DNA of 64,000 bases, taken from the IMG/VR virus record IMGVR_UViG_3300026078_000018; one strand, given 5' to 3'. The notes under the pieces were generated by a model that searched no databases, had not been told where the DNA came from, and saw only the letters and a program-made list of their open reading frames with translations. The position numbers were made by a program, and so were the translations under genes. Each line of letters opens with the position of its first letter. Position 1 is the first letter of the stretch. The stretch comes from a virus. This document shows positions 1 to 8,625 of the stretch, one piece after another.

Positions 1-194
1 TGCCGCTGGCGCAGCAACTGGCCAATCAGACTATGGCGGCCCAGACCAGTGCCAGTCAGACCGTGACGGTGGACCTGTCGGCGGACGCGCGCAAACTGCT
101 GACCGTCATGGGACAGACCGGCACCGCGGGGGCCGCAGGGGAGGCGGCACCGCCGCTGAACCCGTTCGCGGTCAACCCCTCGATCAACCGGTAG
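1..194 (+). CDS. 3' end of upstream tail gene (possibly tape measure C-terminus), partial
   Basis: Open frame ...QTVTVDLSADARKLL...SINR ends at TAG 192-194, just before the tail/baseplate genes. Confidence 0.45.
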   Translation, partial: PLAQQLANQTMAAQTSASQTVTVDLSADARKLLTVMGQTGTAGAAGEAAPPLNPFAVNPSINR

Positions 195-200
195 GCGCCG

Positions 201-854
201 ATGTCGTTTGCGACGCTGGGTTTTGCAGGTGGCCCGAAAGCCACCTTCCGGGTCGACCCCCAGGAGATCTCCTGGGGATATCAGATGCACACCTCGGTCA
301 TCGAAACCGTCGGTGGCCGCGTGGTGCAGGTGACCGGCGCGACTTTGTCTGACATCACGATCAACGGGCTGTACGGGGAGGACCGCACCCGCGGCCGCGG
401 CGCGCCTGGTGTAGACCACCCCGGCAAGGGGTGGCGGCTGGCCGAGGAGTTCGTGTCGACCATCCGGTCCCTGATGGCGTTCCAGTCCGGCGGCACCACC
501 GTGCAGGGGCAAGCCACGGTCGCGCCTGCAGTGTTCTCCTACCCGCCGATGGGCTGGCAGTTCCGCGTCTATATCAAAGACCTGTCAGATCCGGACGGCG
601 GCGCCGTCACCCACAAGGTCGGGAAGATCAGCTACGGGTACAGCCTGACCTTGTTCGTCGTCCAGGACGACTCCGACACCCTCACCCGAGCCGGATCCTC
701 CGGCGGCGTCATGAACGCCACCAAAGCCGCGGCCATCGACACCTACATCAACCGGATCTCCGACGGTGTCGGCTGGCACTACTCCCCATACAACGGGGGC
801 ACCCCTTCGAACACTTCGCTGGGGTCGTCCAGCCAGGGAGGGACCACCCAGTGA
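201..854 (+). CDS. tail/baseplate assembly protein (tube-initiator-like)
   Basis: 217 aa ORF located between the putative tape measure and the hub gene. Confidence 0.5.
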   Translation: MSFATLGFAGGPKATFRVDPQEISWGYQMHTSVIETVGGRVVQVTGATLSDITINGLYGEDRTRGRGAPGVDHPGKGWRLAEEFVSTIRSLMAFQSGGTTVQGQATVAPAVFSYPPMGWQFRVYIKDLSDPDGGAVTHKVGKISYGYSLTLFVVQDDSDTLTRAGSSGGVMNATKAAAIDTYINRISDGVGWHYSPYNGGTPSNTSLGSSSQGGTTQ

Positions 855-1057
855 GTTTCGCCTCCGACGTCCCCGTATCGCTGCCCGCCCCGATCGGCCC
901 CGACGACTCCCTGGTGGACATGTACGGGTTCTGCCTCACCAAATGGGGCGTGCGCCCGGCGCTGTCCGCCACCGACCACGAGCACCTCTCCACCCTGCAG
1001 CACGCCGCAACCCCGGGGCCGATCGTGTGGGACGACGCGCACCTGGAGGGCCGGTAG
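851..1057 (+). CDS. small hypothetical protein
   Basis: GTG overlaps the previous stop (GTGA); fills the gap to the next gene exactly. Confidence 0.55.
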   Translation: MSFASDVPVSLPAPIGPDDSLVDMYGFCLTKWGVRPALSATDHEHLSTLQHAATPGPIVWDDAHLEGR

Positions 1058-1702
1058 GTGGCTATCACCCCCGACGGAGGCTTCGCAGGCCCCCTGCCGC
1101 GGCCGGGCCTGAACGGCACCCTGTCCTACCCCGACAGCGCCGGAACCGTACACGGCTTCCAGATCCGCGTAGAGGCACTCACCCACGCCCTCAAGCCCGT
1201 CTTCGACGAATCCTCCGGACGCAATCGGCGCGCGATGTACCCGCACCGCATGTCCGACACGCAGTTCGTGCTTGGGCTGGTGACCGTCGGGCAGTCCGAG
1301 CGGCAGGCCTTCACCCAGTTCCTCGGAGGCTTCGCCGCCACGCTGCTGAACCCGGGCGCCAGCACGGTGTCGGTAATGACCGTGAACGTGCCGGTACGGA
1401 ACTTCACCAGGCGAGGGATTCCGCTGTCCGGTTTCGAATGGGGTGTGAAGCTCGGCCAGACGGTCTTCCACTCCCAGGTGGTTTTCGAGACGTCCTGGAG
1501 CCCTGTGGACGGGCCGTCGGATCCGGTCGCCTCCGGCGTTCCAGGCGCCTCGGCGGTCGGGGACCCGGCTGTGCAGTACTTCTATCCGTTCGGCACACAA
1601 CTGTCCGGGGACCAGGTGCCTGGCGGCGGTCCACTGCCGGAGTGGGCGCAGGTGCTGGCCGGGCTCGCGCGGCTGCTTGACCCGGCCAGCTGGGGGCAAT
1701 GA
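1058..1702 (+). CDS. putative baseplate/tail protein
   Basis: 214 aa, coupled to neighbours in the tail operon. Confidence 0.5.
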   Translation: MAITPDGGFAGPLPRPGLNGTLSYPDSAGTVHGFQIRVEALTHALKPVFDESSGRNRRAMYPHRMSDTQFVLGLVTVGQSERQAFTQFLGGFAATLLNPGASTVSVMTVNVPVRNFTRRGIPLSGFEWGVKLGQTVFHSQVVFETSWSPVDGPSDPVASGVPGASAVGDPAVQYFYPFGTQLSGDQVPGGGPLPEWAQVLAGLARLLDPASWGQ

Positions 1703-1703
1703 T

Positions 1704-4361
1704 ATGGGATCACTAATCTACGCACCGCAGGTGACGATCTACATTCGGACCGCCTCCGGCATCACCTACGACGTCTCCGACGATGTGACCGCAGGCCAGG
1801 TCGTCCGCCGCTCCGATGGCGTGTCCACGGCACAGTTCACCATGCAGAACGCGCGCCGCAAATATGACGAGGTCTTCACACCGAACGACCGTGTCATCAT
1901 CTTGGCAAAGCGGCTGGCATGGATGCGGATCTTCACCGGCTATCTGAACACGGTGCCGCTGCTGTCGATCTGGCCGACCGAGGTGACTTTGACCGCTTCG
2001 TGCACTCTGAAACGTCCTCAGTACTGGTTCTGGAACCCCATGACCCAGGCGACCCAGACCATGATCAGCAACGCGTTCGCCGCGGCCTCCGGGGACGCCT
2101 CCACCTCCGACGGCGGCGCGGGAGCCGCCGCGCTAGCGATCTTGAACAACGTCATGGGCTGGCCCCCGTCCAAAGCCCACATCGGCGCTATTCCTGCCCG
2201 CTGGCTCGACATCGCCTACAAGATCGCCCAGCAGGTCCAGTCGTCCGAGGGGGCCTCGGACCGGTTGGCCGCGCAGTTCTATTCGAACTTGACCGCAGGC
2301 GGCATCGTCGGCGGCGTCCCCAACGGCCCAGCCATCTCCGGTGTCCTCAAAGGCTCCTACGGCCCGTTCAGTGGCCAGCAGCTCCGCAACGCAGAGACCA
2401 TCTACAGCGTCGGGGTGTCCAAGGGTGCCTCCTTGGACGACATCACCGTGGCACTGATGGTGTCGATGGCCGGGGCCAGCCTCAACAACGCGATCCTGCC
2501 GAACGCCCAGGGGTACATGGGGCTGTTCCACCAGAAGCCCGCGGACGGCTGGGGAACCTTCGAACAGCTGCTCAACCCTACCTACGCGGCCTCCGCGTTC
2601 TTCGACAAGCTGTTGACGGTCGGCACCCGCTCCTCGCTGACCCCCGCGGCGCAGGCCCAGATGGTCTCCAAGATCCCGAACGTGACCAACTACGCCTCCT
2701 TCGAGCCCTACGCCGAGCAGATGGTCGCCGACATCTCCAAGGCCCAGGCTTCCAACGTGCCATCGGCCGCCAACAACCCGCTGCCGCAGGGCTTCAACCC
2801 CAACTCCCGGCCCACCGGCACCTCCACCGGCGCCGACTTCGCCACCACCGCCGTCAACTTCGTCCAGCAGTACCCGACCATCCCCTACAGCGAAGACTTC
2901 GGCGGCACCCAGATGGCGGTCATCTCCGCCTCGCCGCCCCCGGGACTGGACTGCAGCTCCTTTGTCCAGGCCGCCTATCTGCGCGCTCTCGGCTCGCTCT
3001 ACGACTGCCCACGCGTGGCCAGCGACCAGTCGGCCTGGTGCACCCAGATGCTCACCGCCGCCCAGGGCCTGGCCACTCCGGGTGCGTTGATGTTCAAGGG
3101 GCCCGGGAAGGGAAGCGCCAGCCACGTCGAGATCAGCCTCGGCGACGGCCATCACACCGTCGGCTCCCACCACTCCGGCACCTACGCCTCCATCGGCGGC
3201 GACGGAGCCGGATACTGGGACTACGCAGGCCTACCCCCGCGGATGACCTTCAGCATCGCCGGAGGCGCCCCCACCGCCCTGCAACTCGCTGGGGACGCAG
3301 CAGGAGCCAACGGCGGCACCACCACCACACCCACCTCCGCCGCGGCCGCAGCAGCAGCCGGGGCAGCCGGGCTCGTCGCAGCACCCAACCCCACCCCCTT
3401 CTCCTCCACCCCGGGCTACAACCCGAATGATCGTTTCGACAGCCTGTTCGGCGACAAGGCCTGGGTCGCCGTCTCCTCCTACGACGCCACCGACCCCGAC
3501 TACATCCTGGCCAACTCCCTGTCCGGCGCCCGCGCCCTGCTGGACGACCAGCCCCTGCTGCCGTATCTGAAACAACTGTTCGGCGCTTCGATGCGGAGCT
3601 TCTCCTCGGCGCCCAACGGCGACCTGATCGCATGGTTCCCGGACTACTACGGGATCTGGGGGACTGCGCCGGTCATGACCATCGAGGCTATTGAGTGCAA
3701 GAGTTTCGCGGTCAACTGGTCCGACGACTACCTGGTAACCCATCAATTCACTGCATCCACCCCCGGGGTCGGCGCCGGGGTCAACACTTTCGACCCAGCC
3801 ACCGGCTCCCTGTCCGGCACCGGCATCGACCCCTCCGTGCTGGTCTTCAACTCCTCAGTGGCCTCGATCGACATCCCCGCCGTGATGTACGCCCTTTTCG
3901 GGCTGGAAGCCACCGAAGCCGACGCCGCCAACTTCGCCGCCTGGATCTACCGCCGCTTCGGCGCGCGCCCGGACTACCAGGCTGTGCCGGGTCTGGTCGG
4001 ACCCGCCGCCGGATTCTTCGCCGCGCTGTACCTGTTCATGCGGCAGTGGGCGTTCCAGTACTCGGCGACGATGCCGCTGACGTGGATGCCGGAGGTGTGG
4101 CCGGGGATGCTGCTGCAGGCCCCGTGGGCCGATTTCCAGTGCTACGTCAACGCCGTGACGCACACTTTCCAGTTCGGAGAGAATGGGTTCTTCAACACAG
4201 ACGTGAACATCGCGGCCCCCGCGCGGATGCCGAAAGCCGACAACCCCAACGGCCACGTGCTGTTGGGGCTGCCGCTAGCCGGTGGGCTGGCACAGCCCTC
4301 CACCCCCAGCCCGATCCCGTCGAACGGCCCGCACGGCCGCATGTACACCGGCAACGACTGA
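1704..4361 (+). CDS. baseplate hub / tail-associated peptidoglycan hydrolase (lysozyme-like + NlpC/P60)
   Basis: Hub-like N- and C-termini; GLFHQKP..GWG..QLLNP.YAA..FF lysozyme-like segment; GLDCSSFVQ...HVEI NlpC/P60 motif. Confidence 0.8.
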   Translation: MGSLIYAPQVTIYIRTASGITYDVSDDVTAGQVVRRSDGVSTAQFTMQNARRKYDEVFTPNDRVIILAKRLAWMRIFTGYLNTVPLLSIWPTEVTLTASCTLKRPQYWFWNPMTQATQTMISNAFAAASGDASTSDGGAGAAALAILNNVMGWPPSKAHIGAIPARWLDIAYKIAQQVQSSEGASDRLAAQFYSNLTAGGIVGGVPNGPAISGVLKGSYGPFSGQQLRNAETIYSVGVSKGASLDDITVALMVSMAGASLNNAILPNAQGYMGLFHQKPADGWGTFEQLLNPTYAASAFFDKLLTVGTRSSLTPAAQAQMVSKIPNVTNYASFEPYAEQMVADISKAQASNVPSAANNPLPQGFNPNSRPTGTSTGADFATTAVNFVQQYPTIPYSEDFGGTQMAVISASPPPGLDCSSFVQAAYLRALGSLYDCPRVASDQSAWCTQMLTAAQGLATPGALMFKGPGKGSASHVEISLGDGHHTVGSHHSGTYASIGGDGAGYWDYAGLPPRMTFSIAGGAPTALQLAGDAAGANGGTTTTPTSAAAAAAAGAAGLVAAPNPTPFSSTPGYNPNDRFDSLFGDKAWVAVSSYDATDPDYILANSLSGARALLDDQPLLPYLKQLFGASMRSFSSAPNGDLIAWFPDYYGIWGTAPVMTIEAIECKSFAVNWSDDYLVTHQFTASTPGVGAGVNTFDPATGSLSGTGIDPSVLVFNSSVASIDIPAVMYALFGLEATEADAANFAAWIYRRFGARPDYQAVPGLVGPAAGFFAALYLFMRQWAFQYSATMPLTWMPEVWPGMLLQAPWADFQCYVNAVTHTFQFGENGFFNTDVNIAAPARMPKADNPNGHVLLGLPLAGGLAQPSTPSPIPSNGPHGRMYTGND

Positions 4362-4393
4362 GGAGGGGAACTTTGATCCGCGCCGGAGTGGCG

Positions 4394-4618
4394 ATGACGT
4401 CGCCCCAGAATCCAAACCGCCTAGGTGTCAAACGTGTGTTCATCAGGTCGATCGACACGGCATCCGACACGATCTACGCGACCGACCTCAACGGTGCCGA
4501 GATCCAGCTGCCGTGGCGCATCCGCCGCGTCGGGATCATCCCAGCTGTCGGCGACACGTGGCTGGCCGATACGGCACTGGGCTTCTGGTCGCTGGCTGCG
4601 TACGTCGTTCCCGAATAA
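4394..4618 (+). CDS. small baseplate spike-like protein
   Basis: ATG after GGAG; IPAVGDTW resembles the gpV/gp5 OB-fold motif; lies between hub and wedge. Confidence 0.5.
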   Translation: MTSPQNPNRLGVKRVFIRSIDTASDTIYATDLNGAEIQLPWRIRRVGIIPAVGDTWLADTALGFWSLAAYVVPE

Positions 4619-4633
4619 TGATCTTTCCGGCTA

Positions 4634-4817
4634 GTACGATTGTGAACCAGCACCACCGGATGATGACGTGTCCGGGCCTGACGGGAGTCCACGGCTCCCG
4701 GGGCATCTATCCCAGCAATCCACCGATCACGAGCCTGGGCAACGTCGAGTGGCTCACTCAACCTCCGAGCGCGACCGGGTAATGAACGGCCCGGTCACAC
4801 CTTCTTCCTCTGTCAGA
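4634..4817 (+). ncRNA. putative structured RNA, copy 1 of a tandem pair
   Basis: Shares blocks with the copy at 4821, with compensatory stem changes; TACGAT -10-like box at the start; strand inferred. Confidence 0.6.
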
Positions 4818-4820
4818 CTT

Positions 4821-4987
4821 GTACGATTACAGCCAGCACGACCGGATGATGACGTGTCCGGGCCCGGCGGGAGATCGTCACTCCCGAGGCGATACCTCAG
4901 TACCGTGGGCAACGTCGCGTGGCCCTCAATCCTAGGGGCGCGGCCGAGTAATGAACGGCTCGGCCACATCCTCCTTCTCGTGTCAGA
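4821..4987 (+). ncRNA. putative structured RNA, copy 2 of a tandem pair
   Basis: Conserved blocks CCGGATGATGACGTGTCCGGGCC, TGGGCAACGTCG and TAATGAACGG; stems covary with copy 1. Confidence 0.6.
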
Positions 4988-5023
4988 GAGGGCGCCTCCG
5001 CGCGGAATGCGCGAGGAGGCCCC

Positions 5024-5452
5024 ATGCACACCCTGGCACTGGCAGGCGGTGACCTGATCGCCACCGCGGCCGGATACGTCGTCATCGACGGCGCCGCGAT
5101 GGTCCGGCAGAACCTGGCCTGCGCACTGGCCGAGCCGATCGGCACCGACCGATTCCACCCCACCTTCGGCTCGACGCTGTCGCAGCAGATCGGCACGCCG
5201 ATGACAGACACCGAAATCGCCGGAGTCCGAACCGAAGCCGTCCGGGTGGTACAGGCACTCATCGCAGCACAAGGCGCGATGATCGCCGCAGACGCCGCTG
5301 CTGGTGCGCGCTCCCGGTTCTCCGCCGCTGACGTGATTGCGCAGCTCGTCGGTGTCAACGTCACGCAGACCCTCGACACCGCCAGTGTCATGGTGCAGGT
5401 GGAGACGGCAGCCGGGGCGACCCTGGGCTCGGCCACGATGGCGGTGGTCTGA
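5024..5452 (+). CDS. baseplate wedge protein, gp25/gpW-like
   Basis: L.EPIGTDRFHPTFGSTL motif; directly upstream of the gpJ-like gene. Confidence 0.8.
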   Translation: MHTLALAGGDLIATAAGYVVIDGAAMVRQNLACALAEPIGTDRFHPTFGSTLSQQIGTPMTDTEIAGVRTEAVRVVQALIAAQGAMIAADAAAGARSRFSAADVIAQLVGVNVTQTLDTASVMVQVETAAGATLGSATMAVV

Positions 5453-7290
5453 TGGGCGTGTCAGTCGACGACGTCTCGGCACAGATCCGAGCAGCGCTCG
5501 CGGTCGCCGACACCGAACTGGACACCAGCATCGGCTCTGTCACCCGCAAGATCATCGACGCGGTCGCCGAGCAGATCGCAGCTGCCTACGTCGACACCCA
5601 CCTGATCACTTACGCCTATGACGTGGATGCCAAAACCGGTGCCGACCTGGACGCTTTCACACAGCTTTTCGGGATCGCCAGACTTCCGGCCACACGCGCC
5701 GCCGGGGTGGTGACCTTCTCCCGGCCGTCCGGCGCCGGGGCCGCGGCCACCGCGTTCATCCCGATCCACACCGAGGTCCACGACGGCTCGTCCCCGGCGA
5801 TCGCCGTGCAAACCTCCACAGGCGCCGTCATGGACCCCGGGGTGACGTCGGTGTCGGTACCGGTGCAGGCAGTCGCCTCCGGGCCCAGCGGCAACCTGGC
5901 GGCCAACGCCGCGGTGAACATCGCCAGCCCGCTGCAGGGCATCACCTCGGTGACCAACCCGCAGCCGCTGTCCGGCGGTGCGGACGGCGAGTCCGACGGC
6001 GCGCTGCGCACCCGCTGGCGCAAGACGGCACTGCGCTCGCTGGCCGGAACCGAGCAGATGTATCTCGGGGTCGCCCTGGATGACCCGAACTGCACCGCAG
6101 CCAACGTGGTCGGCGCGTCCAAGGTGTATCGGGAGCAGGTGCAGATCGCCTCCGGCGTGGCCGTTTCCACGGTCACCGGCGCACAGTACGTATATATCAA
6201 CCCGGTGACGGTCGGCGCCGACATCGACAATGGCGTGATCGCGTTGAACGGCTTCGACTATACCTGGTCCGCTACTGTTCCTCCCCAGGTCAACGTGGTC
6301 AATTCGGCGGTGCTGCCCAATGGGACCGTGATCGATCTGGAATTCTCCTACACCTCGACGGCATCCCGTAACAGCCCCTTGACGAACATCACCAACCGGG
6401 TCGACGTGTGGTGCGGAGGTTCCCGGCCGACCCAGGGCAGCCAGGTGGTGGCCATCCCGGCCAGCCCGCAGACGTTTTCTGCATCCTCGTCCTCACCCCT
6501 GTATACCGGGATCTTTACGCGGCTCGACGGCAACCACCCGACCACGGCGAACGTCTTCATCCCGTTGGCATTCGGACCGATCCTCACAGTGCCCGCCACC
6601 ATCACCATCGGAGGCACGACCTACGGAGACGCGCAGGCCGCGGGGGTGGCCATGGGGACCGTGAGCGGCGGGGTCACCTACGCCTACCAGATCGTCCACG
6701 ACGACACTGCGTTCGGGTACTCCGCCAGCTCCAACTTCGGTCTGGAGTGGCAGGCCGCCGATCTGCCCACCGCAGGAACCACGTTCACCCTGTCCAACGG
6801 CTACACCTACAACCAGGTCCCCGCCAGCGTGCAGGCAGCGCTCGACAACTGGCGCCTGGTCGGCATCGACGCCAAGGCGCACGCCGCGCGGGTGCGCCGG
6901 ATGCAGCTGTCCCTGGCCGTGGTCTACTCCCCCGGCATCACCCCCTCGACCGTCAACGCCAGTATCACCACGGCACTGAGCAGCTTCCTGCAGGGGCTCG
7001 GCTTCGACTCGGTGCTGCGCGCATCGGATGCGATCAACATCGTGCACGGAGTCCCTGGGGTGGACAACTGTAGGTTCGCCAACGGCTCCGACTACCCCGG
7101 GTTCACCTTCGGCGCGGCCAACTCCTACCAGGTCGGCATTCAGCAGGTGAACGTGCACGGCGCCGTCAGCAGCTCCTACGTCGATGCCACCGGCCGCCCA
7201 CTGGACGTCGAATTCGGCGACGCCGATCTGCCCCAGCTGTATCAGATCAACGTGCTGACAAAGGCCGAGAACACCTTCGGCGCGTACTAG
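5452..7290 (+). CDS. baseplate J-like wedge protein
   Basis: GADLD..LFG..R..AT.A.G, G.SGN, and GGADGESDGALR.R motifs. Confidence 0.9.
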   Translation: MGVSVDDVSAQIRAALAVADTELDTSIGSVTRKIIDAVAEQIAAAYVDTHLITYAYDVDAKTGADLDAFTQLFGIARLPATRAAGVVTFSRPSGAGAAATAFIPIHTEVHDGSSPAIAVQTSTGAVMDPGVTSVSVPVQAVASGPSGNLAANAAVNIASPLQGITSVTNPQPLSGGADGESDGALRTRWRKTALRSLAGTEQMYLGVALDDPNCTAANVVGASKVYREQVQIASGVAVSTVTGAQYVYINPVTVGADIDNGVIALNGFDYTWSATVPPQVNVVNSAVLPNGTVIDLEFSYTSTASRNSPLTNITNRVDVWCGGSRPTQGSQVVAIPASPQTFSASSSSPLYTGIFTRLDGNHPTTANVFIPLAFGPILTVPATITIGGTTYGDAQAAGVAMGTVSGGVTYAYQIVHDDTAFGYSASSNFGLEWQAADLPTAGTTFTLSNGYTYNQVPASVQAALDNWRLVGIDAKAHAARVRRMQLSLAVVYSPGITPSTVNASITTALSSFLQGLGFDSVLRASDAINIVHGVPGVDNCRFANGSDYPGFTFGAANSYQVGIQQVNVHGAVSSSYVDATGRPLDVEFGDADLPQLYQINVLTKAENTFGAY

Positions 7291-7299
7291 GAGGTTGCC

Positions 7300-8625
7300 G
7301 TGCCGCAGATCATCACCTCCCCCACCGACCTGTTCGCTACGCCCATCGTCCCGGTCGCCACCCTGCTGCCGCAGCAGATCAACCCGGCACTCCCGCAGCC
7401 AGCGCCACTGGCCGCCGCCACCGGGATGCTGCTGCCGCAACCGGACCTGCAAAGGATGCTCGCGCACTTCCCCGAGGAGGTGTACGACCTTCGCCCCACC
7501 TCGCACCTGGTCCGGCTGATGGGGGTGCTACTGGGAGACTCCGGAGTCGGGCAGCTGCGCCGCCGCCAGAACCTAGCCCGGATCAACGCCACCCTCACCG
7601 GCTCATCCTGGCTGGACCAGGACCGGCTGTGGGGTGCCGTTTTCTCCATGGCCCGCACCCTGTCCGAGCAGCTGCCGATCGACCCCGCCGACCAGGTCGC
7701 CACCATCGAAGAGTGGGATGCGCTGGAGCAAGCCGACGCCCAATACCGCGAGCGCCTCATTGCACTGTGCGCAGCATTGCCGCTGGCCGGGACAATGCCC
7801 GGTCTCATCGCCGCTGCCAGCGCCATCATCGGCGCGCCGGTGGAGGCGTATGAGACATGGAAGATCCTCGACGGAGGAACCGTCATCCCCACCCGCACCT
7901 GGGGGCAGGTAGAGGCCTTGGGTAACTGGAGCGTCTTGGAGGGCCAGCACTGGATTCAGATCGAGACGGTGCTCAACGTGGGCCTTTCGGGGCTGAACTC
8001 CCGCGCCGAGGTCGAGATCCGGCCGCACAAGAACTACACCAGCGACCGGGCCGGGCAGGTTGCCGCGGCCGCCGACGCCAAGGCGCTGGCGGAGGTGCTG
8101 TCCAAGTTGACCCCGGACGGGATCCTGGTCACCATCGACAACGCCGTGGCCGCGCCCGGTATCGACGTGCCGATCGCCTCAGTCTGGGCTGACTCCGCAT
8201 ATGCTCAGGTCATTCCGCAGGTCACGGTGTCTTCCACGATCCCCGCCGCGACTGCGGCCACCTGCTACCCGCTATCGGCGCAGCAGGTGGCCGACGACGT
8301 CGACCCGTTCTCGCCGCGGTTCCTGCCGGTCCCCTACGGTGTCAACACCTCGGCCAGCGACTGGGACTTCAATGCCGCCATCACCGCGGTCACCAGCTAC
8401 TCCTTCGCCGATGGCTCCGACCCGCTGACGGTGCCCGGCAGCGGCACCGCGGTGCCTGGTGACGACCAAACCGTGCCCTGGCGAGATGGCACCTCCACCA
8501 CCTATACCCCGGACCTGGCGATCGCCCCTCCCGCGCTAGCCGCAGCCGCGCGGCTGGGCTCTCCGGGGCACCTGGCCGTGCACCCCTGGTCCGGTTCGCG
8601 GAAGGTGGTGCCGGTCCATGCCTGA
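7300..8625 (+). CDS. baseplate wedge protein (gpI/gp7-like)
   Basis: Follows gpJ; DAQYRERL...GT..G motif. Confidence 0.65.
   Translation: MPQIITSPTDLFATPIVPVATLLPQQINPALPQPAPLAAATGMLLPQPDLQRMLAHFPEEVYDLRPTSHLVRLMGVLLGDSGVGQLRRRQNLARINATLTGSSWLDQDRLWGAVFSMARTLSEQLPIDPADQVATIEEWDALEQADAQYRERLIALCAALPLAGTMPGLIAAASAIIGAPVEAYETWKILDGGTVIPTRTWGQVEALGNWSVLEGQHWIQIETVLNVGLSGLNSRAEVEIRPHKNYTSDRAGQVAAAADAKALAEVLSKLTPDGILVTIDNAVAAPGIDVPIASVWADSAYAQVIPQVTVSSTIPAATAATCYPLSAQQVADDVDPFSPRFLPVPYGVNTSASDWDFNAAITAVTSYSFADGSDPLTVPGSGTAVPGDDQTVPWRDGTSTTYTPDLAIAPPALAAAARLGSPGHLAVHPWSGSRKVVPVHA

Noticed and set aside
4634-4987. Tandem units as a CRISPR array, hammerhead or HDV ribozyme
   Set aside because: Only two long units; GATGATGA is not CUGAUGA and there is no GAAA core; the CTGGGCAAC resemblance to HDV lacks the rest of that fold
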